Assembly (NCBI GenBank): GCA_003223635.1
Contig: QHVS01000156.1
Coordinates: forward strand, 1-33,222
Direction of reading: 5' to 3'
Source of the DNA: Acidobacteriota bacterium
GTDB taxonomy: Bacteria > Acidobacteriota > Thermoanaerobaculia > Gp7-AA8
Length of the DNA: 33,222 nucleotides
The translations under genes were made by a program, and so were the position numbers. Of the stretch, positions 25,122 through 33,222 are shown piece after piece; the stretch's first letter is position 1, and each line of letters opens with the position of its first letter. A model generated the notes under the pieces. It worked only from the letters and a program-made list of their open reading frames with translations. It ran no database searches and had not been told where the DNA came from.

Positions 25122-28100
25122 GTGTCGGAACGAGAGATCGCTCGCAACGTCGCAACATCGGACGCGGCCCACCCGTCCGAGCGCGACGAGATCCGCAGGT
25201 TCGAGCCGATTTCGTTCGAGAATGGGCGGCCGGTTCGCCCGCGCATCGAGCACTACGACCGCGTGCAGAACGTCAATGTCGATGCCGCGGCGCTGGCCGC
25301 GGCGCTGCGGCAGCAGATCCGTGGGGAAGTGCGCTTCGATGACGGCTCGCGCGCGCTCTACGCCACCGATGCCTCCAATTACCGGCAGGTCCCCATCGGC
25401 GTCGTTCTGCCCCGCGACGCCGACGACGTCATGGCCACCGTGGCATTGGCGCGCCAGTTCGGCGCGCCGATCCTGGCCCGCGGCGGAGGCACGTCCCTGG
25501 CCGGGCAGTGCTGCAACGTCGCCGTGGTGCTCGATTTCTCGAAGTACATGCACGGCATCCGCGAGCTCGATCCGACGCAGCGACACGCCTGGGTCGAGCC
25601 GGGCATCATCCTCGACGATCTGCGCAACGAGGCGGAAAAGCACAGCCTGACTTTCGGCCCCGATCCCGCCACCCACACTCACTGCACCATCGGCGGAATG
25701 ATCGGCAACAACTCCTGCGGCGTGCATGCGCTGATGGCCGGCAAGACGGTCGATAACATCGACGAGCTGGACGTCCTCACCTACGACGGCCTGCGCCTCC
25801 GCGTCGGCCCCACGTCGGAGGCTCAGCTCACCGCCTTCATCGACGAAGGCGGCCGCCGCGGGGAGATCTATCGCGCACTCCGAGACATCCGCGATCGGTA
25901 CGCCGACCAGATTCGCATCCGCTACCCGAAAATCCCCCGGCGCGTGTCGGGCTACAACCTCGACGAGCTGCTGCCGGAAAACGGATTCAACGTCGCCCGA
26001 GCCCTGGTCGGGACCGAGAGCACGTGCGTCATCGTCCTGGAAGCGAAGTGCCACCTCGTCCATAGCCCCCCTTCTCGCAGGCTGGTCGTCCTCGGCTACA
26101 AGGACATTTACATCGCAGCCGACCACGTCCCGCAACTGCTGGAGTTCAAGCCCATCGGGCTGGAGGGGATCGACGATCGTCTGGTCGATGACATGAAAGC
26201 CAAGGGGTTGAACATCGACAACCTCCGGCTTCTACCGGAAGGACGCGGCTGGCTGCTGGTGGAGTTCGGAGGCGAGACGAAGCAGGAATCCGACGCGGGG
26301 GCGCAGCGATTGATCGACGCCCTGAAGTCGTGGAAGGACGCGCCATCCCCGAGACTCTACGAGGACAAGCGGCAGGAAAAGATGGTCTGGCAGATCCGCG
26401 AGTCCGGCCTCGGCGCCACCGCCTTCGTTCCCGGCAAGCCGCGCACCTGGGAAGGATGGGAAGACTCGGCGGTCGATCCGAAGCATCTCGGCAAATACCT
26501 TCGCGATCTGCGCCGACTCATGGACAAGTACGGCTACATCGGCGATCTCTACGGTCACTTCGGCCAGGCTTGCGTTCACACACGAAACAACTTCGATCTG
26601 GAGAGTGCGCGGGGAATCGCCACGTTTCGCGCCTACATCGAAGAGGCGGCGGATCTTTGCGTCAAGTACAACGGATCGCTCTCCGGCGAGCACGGCGACG
26701 GGCAATCGCGCGCGGATCTGCTGCCGAAGATGTTCGGGCAGGAGCTGATCACCGCGTTCCGGGAGTTCAAATCCATCTGGGATCCTCAATGGAAGATGAA
26801 TCCCGGAAAAGTGGTGACTCCTTACCGTCCCACTGAGAACCTCCGTCTCGGCCCGGAGTTCCGGCCCTGGTCACCGGAGACGCACTTTCATTTTCCGGAA
26901 GACGAAGGGCGCATCGATCGAGCTGTCTTGCGCTGCGTGGGCGTCGGCAAGTGCCGGCGCATGGAAGCAGGCACGATGTGCCCGAGCTTCATGGCCACGC
27001 GCGAGGAAGAGCATTCCACGCGGGGCCGCGCGCGTCTGCTCTTCGAGATGTTCGCCGGCAAAGACGTTCCGGCGACCTGGCGCAATGAAACGGTGAAGGA
27101 CGCGCTCGATCTCTGCATGTCGTGCAAGGGATGCAAAGGCGACTGCCCGGTCAATGTCGACATCGCCACGTACAAGGCCGAGTTCCTCTCCCACTACTAC
27201 GCGGGACGCCTGCGACCGATCGGCGCCTACACCATGGGTTGGATCCATCGGTGGTCGCGCCTCGCGTCGCTCGCGCCAGACCTGGCGAATCACATCCTGT
27301 CACTGCCGATGATCAAGACACTCGGCGGCGTGGCACCGGAGCGGCGGATGCCACAATACGCGGCCGAGACCTTCGTGAAGCGATTCCGCAAACGTGGAGC
27401 GACGAGCGGCGCTCCGTCCGATCGCCGCGTCGTCCTGTGGCCCGACACCTTCAACAACTACTTTCATCCGGAGACGGCGATGGCTGCGGTGGACGTGCTC
27501 GAGGCCGCCGGCTATCAGGTCACCATTCCGCGAAAGTCGCTCTGCTGCGGACGGCCACTCTATGACTGGGGCTTTCTTGGGACGGCGAAGTCGCTTCTGC
27601 GCGGCGCGATGAAGGAACTCAAGCCGGCGCTGGACGAGGGTCTGCCCATCATCGGTCTCGAGCCGAGCTGCGTTTCGGTCTTTCGCGACGAGCTGCACAA
27701 TCTCTTTCCCACGAACGAAACCGCACGCCGGCTGGGCAGCGCTGCCGTGACCCTCAGCGAATTCATTCGACGCGAAGGTGACCGGTTCAAGCTCCCTCGA
27801 TTGAAAGGCAAAGCGATCGTGCAGGCCCATTGTCACCACGCCGCCATCATGAAGTTCGAGCCGGAAGTGGAGCTGCTGCGCACGATGGGGCTGGACGTCG
27901 AGCATCCCGACTCCGGATGTTGCGGGATGGCCGGCGCATTCGGCTTCGAACGCCGTCACTTCGAGATCTCCATGCGCGTCGGCGAGCGCGTCCTGCTGCC
28001 GAAAGTACGGCAGGCCTCGGCGGACACGATCATCATCGCCGACGGATTCAGTTGCCGCGAGCAGATCGCGCAAGCCACCGGTCGCGAGGCGCTGCATCTC

Positions 28101-28133
28101 TCGCAGGTTCTACAGATGGCGCTCCGCACGTAA
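25122..28133 (+). CDS. FAD-linked oxidase with 4Fe-4S and CCG domains (YdiJ / 2-hydroxyacid dehydrogenase-like)
   Basis: RGGGTSLAGQ, GGMIGNNSCG, SGEHGDG, CVGVGKC..MCPS, CMSCKGCKGDCP, CCG twice, GFSCREQI. Confidence 0.93.
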   Translation: MSEREIARNVATSDAAHPSERDEIRRFEPISFENGRPVRPRIEHYDRVQNVNVDAAALAAALRQQIRGEVRFDDGSRALYATDASNYRQVPIGVVLPRDADDVMATVALARQFGAPILARGGGTSLAGQCCNVAVVLDFSKYMHGIRELDPTQRHAWVEPGIILDDLRNEAEKHSLTFGPDPATHTHCTIGGMIGNNSCGVHALMAGKTVDNIDELDVLTYDGLRLRVGPTSEAQLTAFIDEGGRRGEIYRALRDIRDRYADQIRIRYPKIPRRVSGYNLDELLPENGFNVARALVGTESTCVIVLEAKCHLVHSPPSRRLVVLGYKDIYIAADHVPQLLEFKPIGLEGIDDRLVDDMKAKGLNIDNLRLLPEGRGWLLVEFGGETKQESDAGAQRLIDALKSWKDAPSPRLYEDKRQEKMVWQIRESGLGATAFVPGKPRTWEGWEDSAVDPKHLGKYLRDLRRLMDKYGYIGDLYGHFGQACVHTRNNFDLESARGIATFRAYIEEAADLCVKYNGSLSGEHGDGQSRADLLPKMFGQELITAFREFKSIWDPQWKMNPGKVVTPYRPTENLRLGPEFRPWSPETHFHFPEDEGRIDRAVLRCVGVGKCRRMEAGTMCPSFMATREEEHSTRGRARLLFEMFAGKDVPATWRNETVKDALDLCMSCKGCKGDCPVNVDIATYKAEFLSHYYAGRLRPIGAYTMGWIHRWSRLASLAPDLANHILSLPMIKTLGGVAPERRMPQYAAETFVKRFRKRGATSGAPSDRRVVLWPDTFNNYFHPETAMAAVDVLEAAGYQVTIPRKSLCCGRPLYDWGFLGTAKSLLRGAMKELKPALDEGLPIIGLEPSCVSVFRDELHNLFPTNETARRLGSAAVTLSEFIRREGDRFKLPRLKGKAIVQAHCHHAAIMKFEPEVELLRTMGLDVEHPDSGCCGMAGAFGFERRHFEISMRVGERVLLPKVRQASADTIIIADGFSCREQIAQATGREALHLSQVLQMALRT

Positions 28134-29962
28134 TGCGCTACCGGCCCATCGGCGAATACGGAATCATCGGCGACACGCGGTCGGCAGCGCTCGTCTCGCT
28201 GCAGGGATCGATCGACTGGCTCTGCTGGCCCCGATTCGACAGCCGATCCCTCTTCGCCAGAATCCTCGACTACGAACACGGGGGCTATTTCGCCGTCCAG
28301 CCGTCGGTCGCTTTCACTGCAACGCGCAAATACATCGATCGCACGAATGTGCTGGAGACAACGTTCGAAACGGAGAGCGGAATCGCCCGTCTCCTCGATC
28401 TCATGCCGGTCATGCGCGAGGAGGAAAAGAAGCGGCGCCTGACGCCATTCCGACAACTGCTGCGCCGCATCGAGACCATCGACGGCGAAGTGCCGCTCGT
28501 AGCGCACTTCGAGCCGAGACCCGATTACGCCCGGGTCGTTCCGGAGATTCGGGCGAAATCGCGCGACATCATCGTCTGCGAAAAGGGACCGGCCGTCTTT
28601 CATCTGCGCAGCGATGTCGAGTTCGCGTGTGCAGGGGGGACGGCCGAAGTGCGCTTCACTCTTCGGAAGGGCGAGCGCCGTTTCTTTGCCCTCAGCTTCG
28701 ACGACCACGCGCCCGCGGTTTTTCCGCACATCGGTGCTGAGGCTCAGGGTGAGATCGAACGGACAGTTGATTTCTGGCGGCAATGGTCGTCGAACTGTGC
28801 GTACGAAGGCCCGCACGCCGACCGGGTCCTCCGCAGCGCCCTGGTCCTGAAACTCCTGACCTACGCCCCATCAGGAGCGATCGTGGCCGCGCCCACCACA
28901 TCACTTCCTGAGCGTCCCGGCGGTGTTCGGAATTGGGACTATCGATATTGCTGGCTGCGCGATGCCGCCTTCACGGTCGCCGCGCTCGACGACTGCGGAT
29001 TCCAGATTGAAGGAGGTGCATTCGTCGATTGGATGCTGTATGCCACGCGCCTGACTCATCCCAGCCTGCAGATCCTCTACGACGTGTTCGGCGAGGCGAG
29101 GCTGCCTGAATCGATCCTCGGCCACCTGGAGGGCTATGACCGCTCCGCTCCGGTGCGCATCGGAAATGATGCGCACCATCAATTTCAACTCGATGTCTAC
29201 GGAGAGGTTCTCGGCGCCGTGGAAGAGCACTTCCAACGCAATGGCGACGGTTTCAACCGCGACGTGCAGGGCGTGCTCTGCCGCATTGCGGACGTCGTGG
29301 TCCGGCGATGGAAAGAGCCCGACAGCGGTATCTGGGAGAAGCGTTCCGCGCGTCAACAACACGTCCACGCCAAGGTGATGGCCTGGGCCGCACTCGATTG
29401 CGTGGAGCGTCTGGTGAAGAAGAGTCTCATTCGCGGCGTCGACACACTTCGCTGGCAGCGCACAAAGGACGAAATCCGAGACACCGTTCTCGAGCATGGA
29501 TTCAACAGGGAGATCGGCAGCTTCGTCGCCATTCTGGATGGCGACGAGTTGGATGCCAGCCTTCTCTCCCTTTCGCGCGTCGGTTTTCTGAAACCGGACG
29601 ACCGGCGCATCCTCGGAACCATCGACGCGATCCGTCGTACACTCGGCCGCGAAGATCTGCTGTATCGCTATGAGATACGCACGGACGACGGTCTGCCGCC
29701 TGGCCAAGGGGCATTTCTTCCCTGCAGCTTCTGGCTCGTCGAGGCGCTGGCCCTCGCTGGACGAGAGCACGAGGCGCGTGACATCTTCGAGACGCTCGTC
29801 GGACGGGCCAACGATCTCGGGCTCTTTTCGGAAGAGATCGACGTTGACAGCGGCGCCCTCCTCGGCAACTTCCCGCAGGCGCTCACACACGTCGGATTCA
29901 TGAACGCGGCGTTCTGCCTGCACAAGACGATGACCGGTCGGAGTCAGCGATTGCGTTCATGA
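28133..29962 (+). CDS. Glycoside hydrolase family 15 (trehalase/glucoamylase-like)
   Basis: IGD.RSAALV, AAPTTSLPE..GG.RNWDYRYCWLRD, QLDVYGE, GIWE, SEE..LLGNFPQA.TH. TAATG overlap with the upstream gene. Confidence 0.93.
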   Translation: MRYRPIGEYGIIGDTRSAALVSLQGSIDWLCWPRFDSRSLFARILDYEHGGYFAVQPSVAFTATRKYIDRTNVLETTFETESGIARLLDLMPVMREEEKKRRLTPFRQLLRRIETIDGEVPLVAHFEPRPDYARVVPEIRAKSRDIIVCEKGPAVFHLRSDVEFACAGGTAEVRFTLRKGERRFFALSFDDHAPAVFPHIGAEAQGEIERTVDFWRQWSSNCAYEGPHADRVLRSALVLKLLTYAPSGAIVAAPTTSLPERPGGVRNWDYRYCWLRDAAFTVAALDDCGFQIEGGAFVDWMLYATRLTHPSLQILYDVFGEARLPESILGHLEGYDRSAPVRIGNDAHHQFQLDVYGEVLGAVEEHFQRNGDGFNRDVQGVLCRIADVVVRRWKEPDSGIWEKRSARQQHVHAKVMAWAALDCVERLVKKSLIRGVDTLRWQRTKDEIRDTVLEHGFNREIGSFVAILDGDELDASLLSLSRVGFLKPDDRRILGTIDAIRRTLGREDLLYRYEIRTDDGLPPGQGAFLPCSFWLVEALALAGREHEARDIFETLVGRANDLGLFSEEIDVDSGALLGNFPQALTHVGFMNAAFCLHKTMTGRSQRLRS

Positions 29963-29970
29963 GCGAAGCG

Positions 29971-30034
29971 CCGGGTGAGGGGCGCCCCTCATCCGGCCTT
30001 CGGCCACCTTCTCCCCGCTCGGGCGGGGAGAAGG
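29971..30034. repeat. RIME-like palindromic element between convergent genes
   Basis: ccgggtgagggg-cg-cccctcatccgg hairpin followed by the ccttctccccgc-tcgg-gcggggagaagg hairpin. Confidence 0.8.
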
Positions 30035-30037
30035 CAC

Positions 30038-30517
30038 TCATAGGCGCGGCACGTAGAACGCGCCGAGAATTGCGCCATAGACGATGTGGACCAGGATGGT
30101 GATGATCGGCGTGTTGCGCCCGTAGTTCGTGGCCAGAAACCCGGGAGGCTCCAGAAGCCGCGTCGGCTCAGGACCGCGAGAATCGGAGACCATCCGCGGG
30201 TGCACGCCGGGCAGCAACGGCAGAACCACCACGACCACGACGGTCCCCTGGATCGCACCGAGCACCGCGCCGAACCACCACGTCGCCAAGTGCACGTTCT
30301 CGAAGAAGAGCGCATAGACGATGGCGAAGATCCAGCCGTTGAAGAGGTGCAGAACATAGCCGATCACTTTCGCTCGATCTCGATCCGCAGTGATCATCGT
30401 TCCCACGATGAAAGGAATGTCGATACGGGTCAGCCCCAGCGCCTGCCCGGCGATGGTCAGCGTGGTGAGAATGACCGTCGCGGCAAATCCCCACAACAAA
30501 ATGGATGGAAGGTTCAT
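30038..30517 (-). CDS. Hypothetical membrane protein (159 aa)
   Basis: MNLPSILLWGFAATVILT..., about four TM segments, LEPPGF, H.VYGAILG. Confidence 0.8.
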   Translation of the reverse strand: MNLPSILLWGFAATVILTTLTIAGQALGLTRIDIPFIVGTMITADRDRAKVIGYVLHLFNGWIFAIVYALFFENVHLATWWFGAVLGAIQGTVVVVVVLPLLPGVHPRMVSDSRGPEPTRLLEPPGFLATNYGRNTPIITILVHIVYGAILGAFYVPRL

Positions 30518-30525
30518 GTTTTGCT
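30510..30525 (+). promoter_or_regulatory. Putative sigma54 promoter for the SDR gene
   Basis: AGGTTCATGTTTTGCT has GG-N10-GC with a TTGC -12 element, 14 nt before the ATG. Confidence 0.4.
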
Positions 30526-30538
30526 TCGACTCCGAAGT

Positions 30539-31525
30539 ATGCAATACAAACCGGAGGTCGTTGTCATCACCGGCGCCTCGGCCGGGGTGGGGCGGGCCAC
30601 GGCGCGGGCGTTTGGACGACGCCGGGCAAACGTGGGACTGATCGCTCGGGGCCGCGACGGCCTCGACGCGGCGAAGCGGGAGATCGAAGAGGCGGGCGGC
30701 GAGGCCATCGTGCTTCCGCTCGACGTCTCCAATCACGATGCGGTCGAGCGCGCCGCCGGCGAAGTGGAGGACGCGTTCGGCCCGATCGACATCTGGATCA
30801 ACAACGCGATGCTCTCGGTCTTCTCACCGATCATGCAGATGGAGCCGGACGAATATCGCCGCGTCACCGATGTGACGTATCTCGGAACCGTGTGGGGAAC
30901 GTTGGCCGCCCTACGGCGGATGAAACCGCGCGACCGCGGCACCATTGTGCAGGTCGGCTCGGCGCTCGCCTACCGCGGAATCCCGCTGCAATCGGCGTAT
31001 TGCGCAGCGAAACATGCCATGCAGGGATTTCACGACTCGCTCCGCTGCGAGCTGATTCATGACAAGAGCAAGGTACGCGTGGTGATGGTGCAGATGCCGG
31101 CCCTGAACACGCCGCAGTTTCGGTGGGTGAAGAGCCGTCTGCCGCGCAAGGCGCAGCCGGTGCCGCCGATCTTTCAACCCGAGGTCGCCGCCGAGGCGAT
31201 CGTGTGGGCGGCATACGGCAACCGCCGGGAGGTCAATGTCGGCTGGCCGACGACGGCGGCAATCGTCGGAAACAGTTTCATGCCCGGATTGGGCGACCTC
31301 TACCTGGCGAAGCACGGCTACGAAGCACAGATGATCGACGAGCCTGAGAATCCGAATCGCCCGGATAATCTGTGGAGTCCACTGCCGGGCGATCACGGTG
31401 CGCATGGCGTGTTCGACGATCGGGCCACCGATCGAAGCATCACGTTCGAGCTGAATCAACGGCGCGGCTGGATCCTGGCGGGAGCGGCAGCGCTCTTTCT
31501 CGCATGCGCTCTCGCTCGCCGGTAA
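30539..31525 (+). CDS. Short-chain dehydrogenase/reductase
   Basis: VVITGASAGVG, WINNA, catalytic YCAAK, C-terminal hydrophobic tail. Confidence 0.93.
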   Translation: MQYKPEVVVITGASAGVGRATARAFGRRRANVGLIARGRDGLDAAKREIEEAGGEAIVLPLDVSNHDAVERAAGEVEDAFGPIDIWINNAMLSVFSPIMQMEPDEYRRVTDVTYLGTVWGTLAALRRMKPRDRGTIVQVGSALAYRGIPLQSAYCAAKHAMQGFHDSLRCELIHDKSKVRVVMVQMPALNTPQFRWVKSRLPRKAQPVPPIFQPEVAAEAIVWAAYGNRREVNVGWPTTAAIVGNSFMPGLGDLYLAKHGYEAQMIDEPENPNRPDNLWSPLPGDHGAHGVFDDRATDRSITFELNQRRGWILAGAAALFLACALARR

Positions 31526-31542
31526 ACTCAGAGGGAGGCTTT

Positions 31543-32043
31543 ATGGAGGCAAAGGCAAGACTCTTCGGGCATCCCGTCCATCAGATGCTGGTCGTCTTCC
31601 CGCTCGGACTGCTGGCAACCTCCTTCTTCTTCGATGTCGCATATCTGATCGTCCATCGCAGTGAGCTGGCAGTGGTCTCCGACTGGATGATCTTCGCCGG
31701 CGTGATCGGCGCCGTCATCGCCGCAGTGTTCGGGCTCATCGACTGGCTCTACATTCCGCGCCGAACGCGCGCGAAGAAAGTCGGTTTCTGGCACGGCCTG
31801 GGCAACATCATCGTCGCCGGCCTGTTTGCCGCGAGCTGGTTTCTCCGCCGGCCTGATCCCGCCGATCCGGCGATCCTAACGATCATTCTCTCGGCGATCG
31901 GCATGGGCATCGCACTGATCACGAGCTGGCTCGGCGGAGAGCTGGTCGACCGCTATGGCGTCGGCGTCGCCGACGGCGCGCACCTCGACGCGCCGGGCTC
32001 GCTCAGCGGCCGTCCGGCATCCGAGAACCGCGTGACCTACTAG
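31543..32043 (+). CDS. DUF2231 family membrane protein
   Basis: GHPVHQMLVVFPLG, GLIDW, HGLGN, WLGGELV..YGVGV. SD GGAGG. Confidence 0.85.
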   Translation: MEAKARLFGHPVHQMLVVFPLGLLATSFFFDVAYLIVHRSELAVVSDWMIFAGVIGAVIAAVFGLIDWLYIPRRTRAKKVGFWHGLGNIIVAGLFAASWFLRRPDPADPAILTIILSAIGMGIALITSWLGGELVDRYGVGVADGAHLDAPGSLSGRPASENRVTY

Positions 32044-32831
32044 GTGCCCGCGCTCTTGCAGGTGGTGTTCAACGCGCGCACGGTCCCATTCAGCACCTGC
32101 ATGCCGAATGAACCATTCTCGAGGTAGAAGTTGATGGCGTCCTCGATCATGTTCTTGGCCACCGGATCGAGATTGTTCTGCAGCGGCTTCAGATTGAGGC
32201 CGCCGATCGCAAACTTCGTCCGGATCGCGCCTGCGGTCATGACTCGGCACTGCTTGATATCCAGCAGCGGATCGAAGCGGATTTCGAATCGAACGTCCGA
32301 CGCCGATCCGCCGACGCCGAAACGCTTGCTGAAGTGACAGAGCTTCGTCGGATTGGTGAGGTTCGGCCGGACGCGCACCATCAGGGCATTCATGGTGATG
32401 CGATCGACCACAAACTGAAGCAGGACGCCGGTACCGTCCATGCGAAGCGATGGCGCGCCGGGACGGAAGTTGAACTCGCCTGCGCTGGCCTTGATCCCCA
32501 GGCAGTCGTTGATCATGTACTTGTTTCCGCCGATCAGCGCCATGTTGATCTGCCAGTTCGCCACTTCGTGGCCGAGAGCCTGAAAGAACTGCTGCGCGTT
32601 CTGCAGATCGCTGACATGCTTCGCGGCGGCGGTGCTTGCCCCGGCACTGACACTGATGGGTAGTGCAATCCTGGCTGGCGGTGGTGAATCGGGCTTGTTG
32701 TCCTCGTTCTCCGAGGGCGGTGAGACCTGCCCTTTCTTAAATCCCGAGACAGTGAGACCGCCCTGGGCCAAGGCGGACGTGACGATCAGAAGCGTCGAGA
32801 ATCCCACGAAAAGCCGATGGCTCATGCGCAT
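32040..32831 (-). CDS. Secreted hypothetical protein
   Basis: Signal peptide ending in ALA, Pro-rich linker, beta-rich core with four Cys. GGAG upstream. Confidence 0.75.
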   Translation of the reverse strand: MRMSHRLFVGFSTLLIVTSALAQGGLTVSGFKKGQVSPPSENEDNKPDSPPPARIALPISVSAGASTAAAKHVSDLQNAQQFFQALGHEVANWQINMALIGGNKYMINDCLGIKASAGEFNFRPGAPSLRMDGTGVLLQFVVDRITMNALMVRVRPNLTNPTKLCHFSKRFGVGGSASDVRFEIRFDPLLDIKQCRVMTAGAIRTKFAIGGLNLKPLQNNLDPVAKNMIEDAINFYLENGSFGMQVLNGTVRALNTTCKSAGT

Positions 32832-32888
32832 AGCGTTCTCCCAGTGCGAAACATAGTTCCCGGCGGGCGCGGCGCGTTACTTCATTGC

Positions 32889-33221
32889 TTAGATCCGCGT
32901 GAGCCTGGCGTACTTGGCGATGAATTTCTTGGAGCCGGCGCGGTCGAAGTAGACCGTCAGCTTGGCATCGGGACCATTCCCCTCAATGGTCAGGATGGTT
33001 CCCTCGCCGAACTGCTCGTGGCGGACGCGCGCGCCTCGCTTGAGCTCCGCGCGCTGCCCATCCGGAGGCATCGCTCGAATCGCGGACGGATCGAATTGCA
33101 CGGGCGCGTTCTCGAAGAACGACGCGATGTTCTTGACCGTGTCGAGCGCCTGCGCGGGCGCCGGCGTCCCGCTGAGAGGCCTCTCGCGCCAACTGCCGCC
33201 ATACGATGCCTTGCGTGCCAG
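32889..33221 (-). CDS. C-terminus of a PcrA/UvrD family helicase (partial)
   Basis: Open to the window end. GARVRHEQFGEGTIL.IEG....KLTVYF...G.KK....YA.L is the Tudor-like C-terminal domain. Confidence 0.85.
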   Translation of the reverse strand: MARKASYGGSWRERPLSGTPAPAQALDTVKNIASFFENAPVQFDPSAIRAMPPDGQRAELKRGARVRHEQFGEGTILTIEGNGPDAKLTVYFDRAGSKKFIAKYARLTRI

Positions 33222-33222
33222 G

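Overview
GC-rich bacterial chromosomal window (gene content suggests Acidobacteriota or a similar soil diderm; this is inference). Left: a translationally coupled signalling operon encoding a HEAT-repeat protein (5'-truncated), an HD-GYP phosphodiesterase and a receiver/Ser-Thr-kinase hybrid whose two phospho-chemistry aspartates are both substituted, followed by an amidohydrolase. Middle, mostly minus strand: dnaB, DUF1761, two small unknowns, a single-domain receiver, nfeD-SPFH plus a coupled unknown gene, a divergent parvulin PPIase, a membrane protein, fused AhbAB/NirDL, DUF309, an isocitrate-dehydrogenase-family gene broken by an internal deletion and frameshift, an AmgK-like kinase, a cyclophilin, a KGG stress protein, two tRNA-Ser genes and an orphan, C-terminally extended MglA GTPase. 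Right: a compact cobalamin riboswitch ahead of a BtuB-like receptor, a general-stress-type cluster (PoxB-like, FAD/Fe-S oxidase, GH15, SDR, DUF2231), a secreted unknown and the 3' end of a PcrA/UvrD helicase. Intergenic gaps hold three palindromic repeat types and a heptamer tandem array. No integrase, transposase or CRISPR array was seen. The best candidate for an undescribed system is the HEAT / HD-GYP / pseudo-receiver-pseudokinase operon. All family assignments come from motif recognition by eye, not from database searches.
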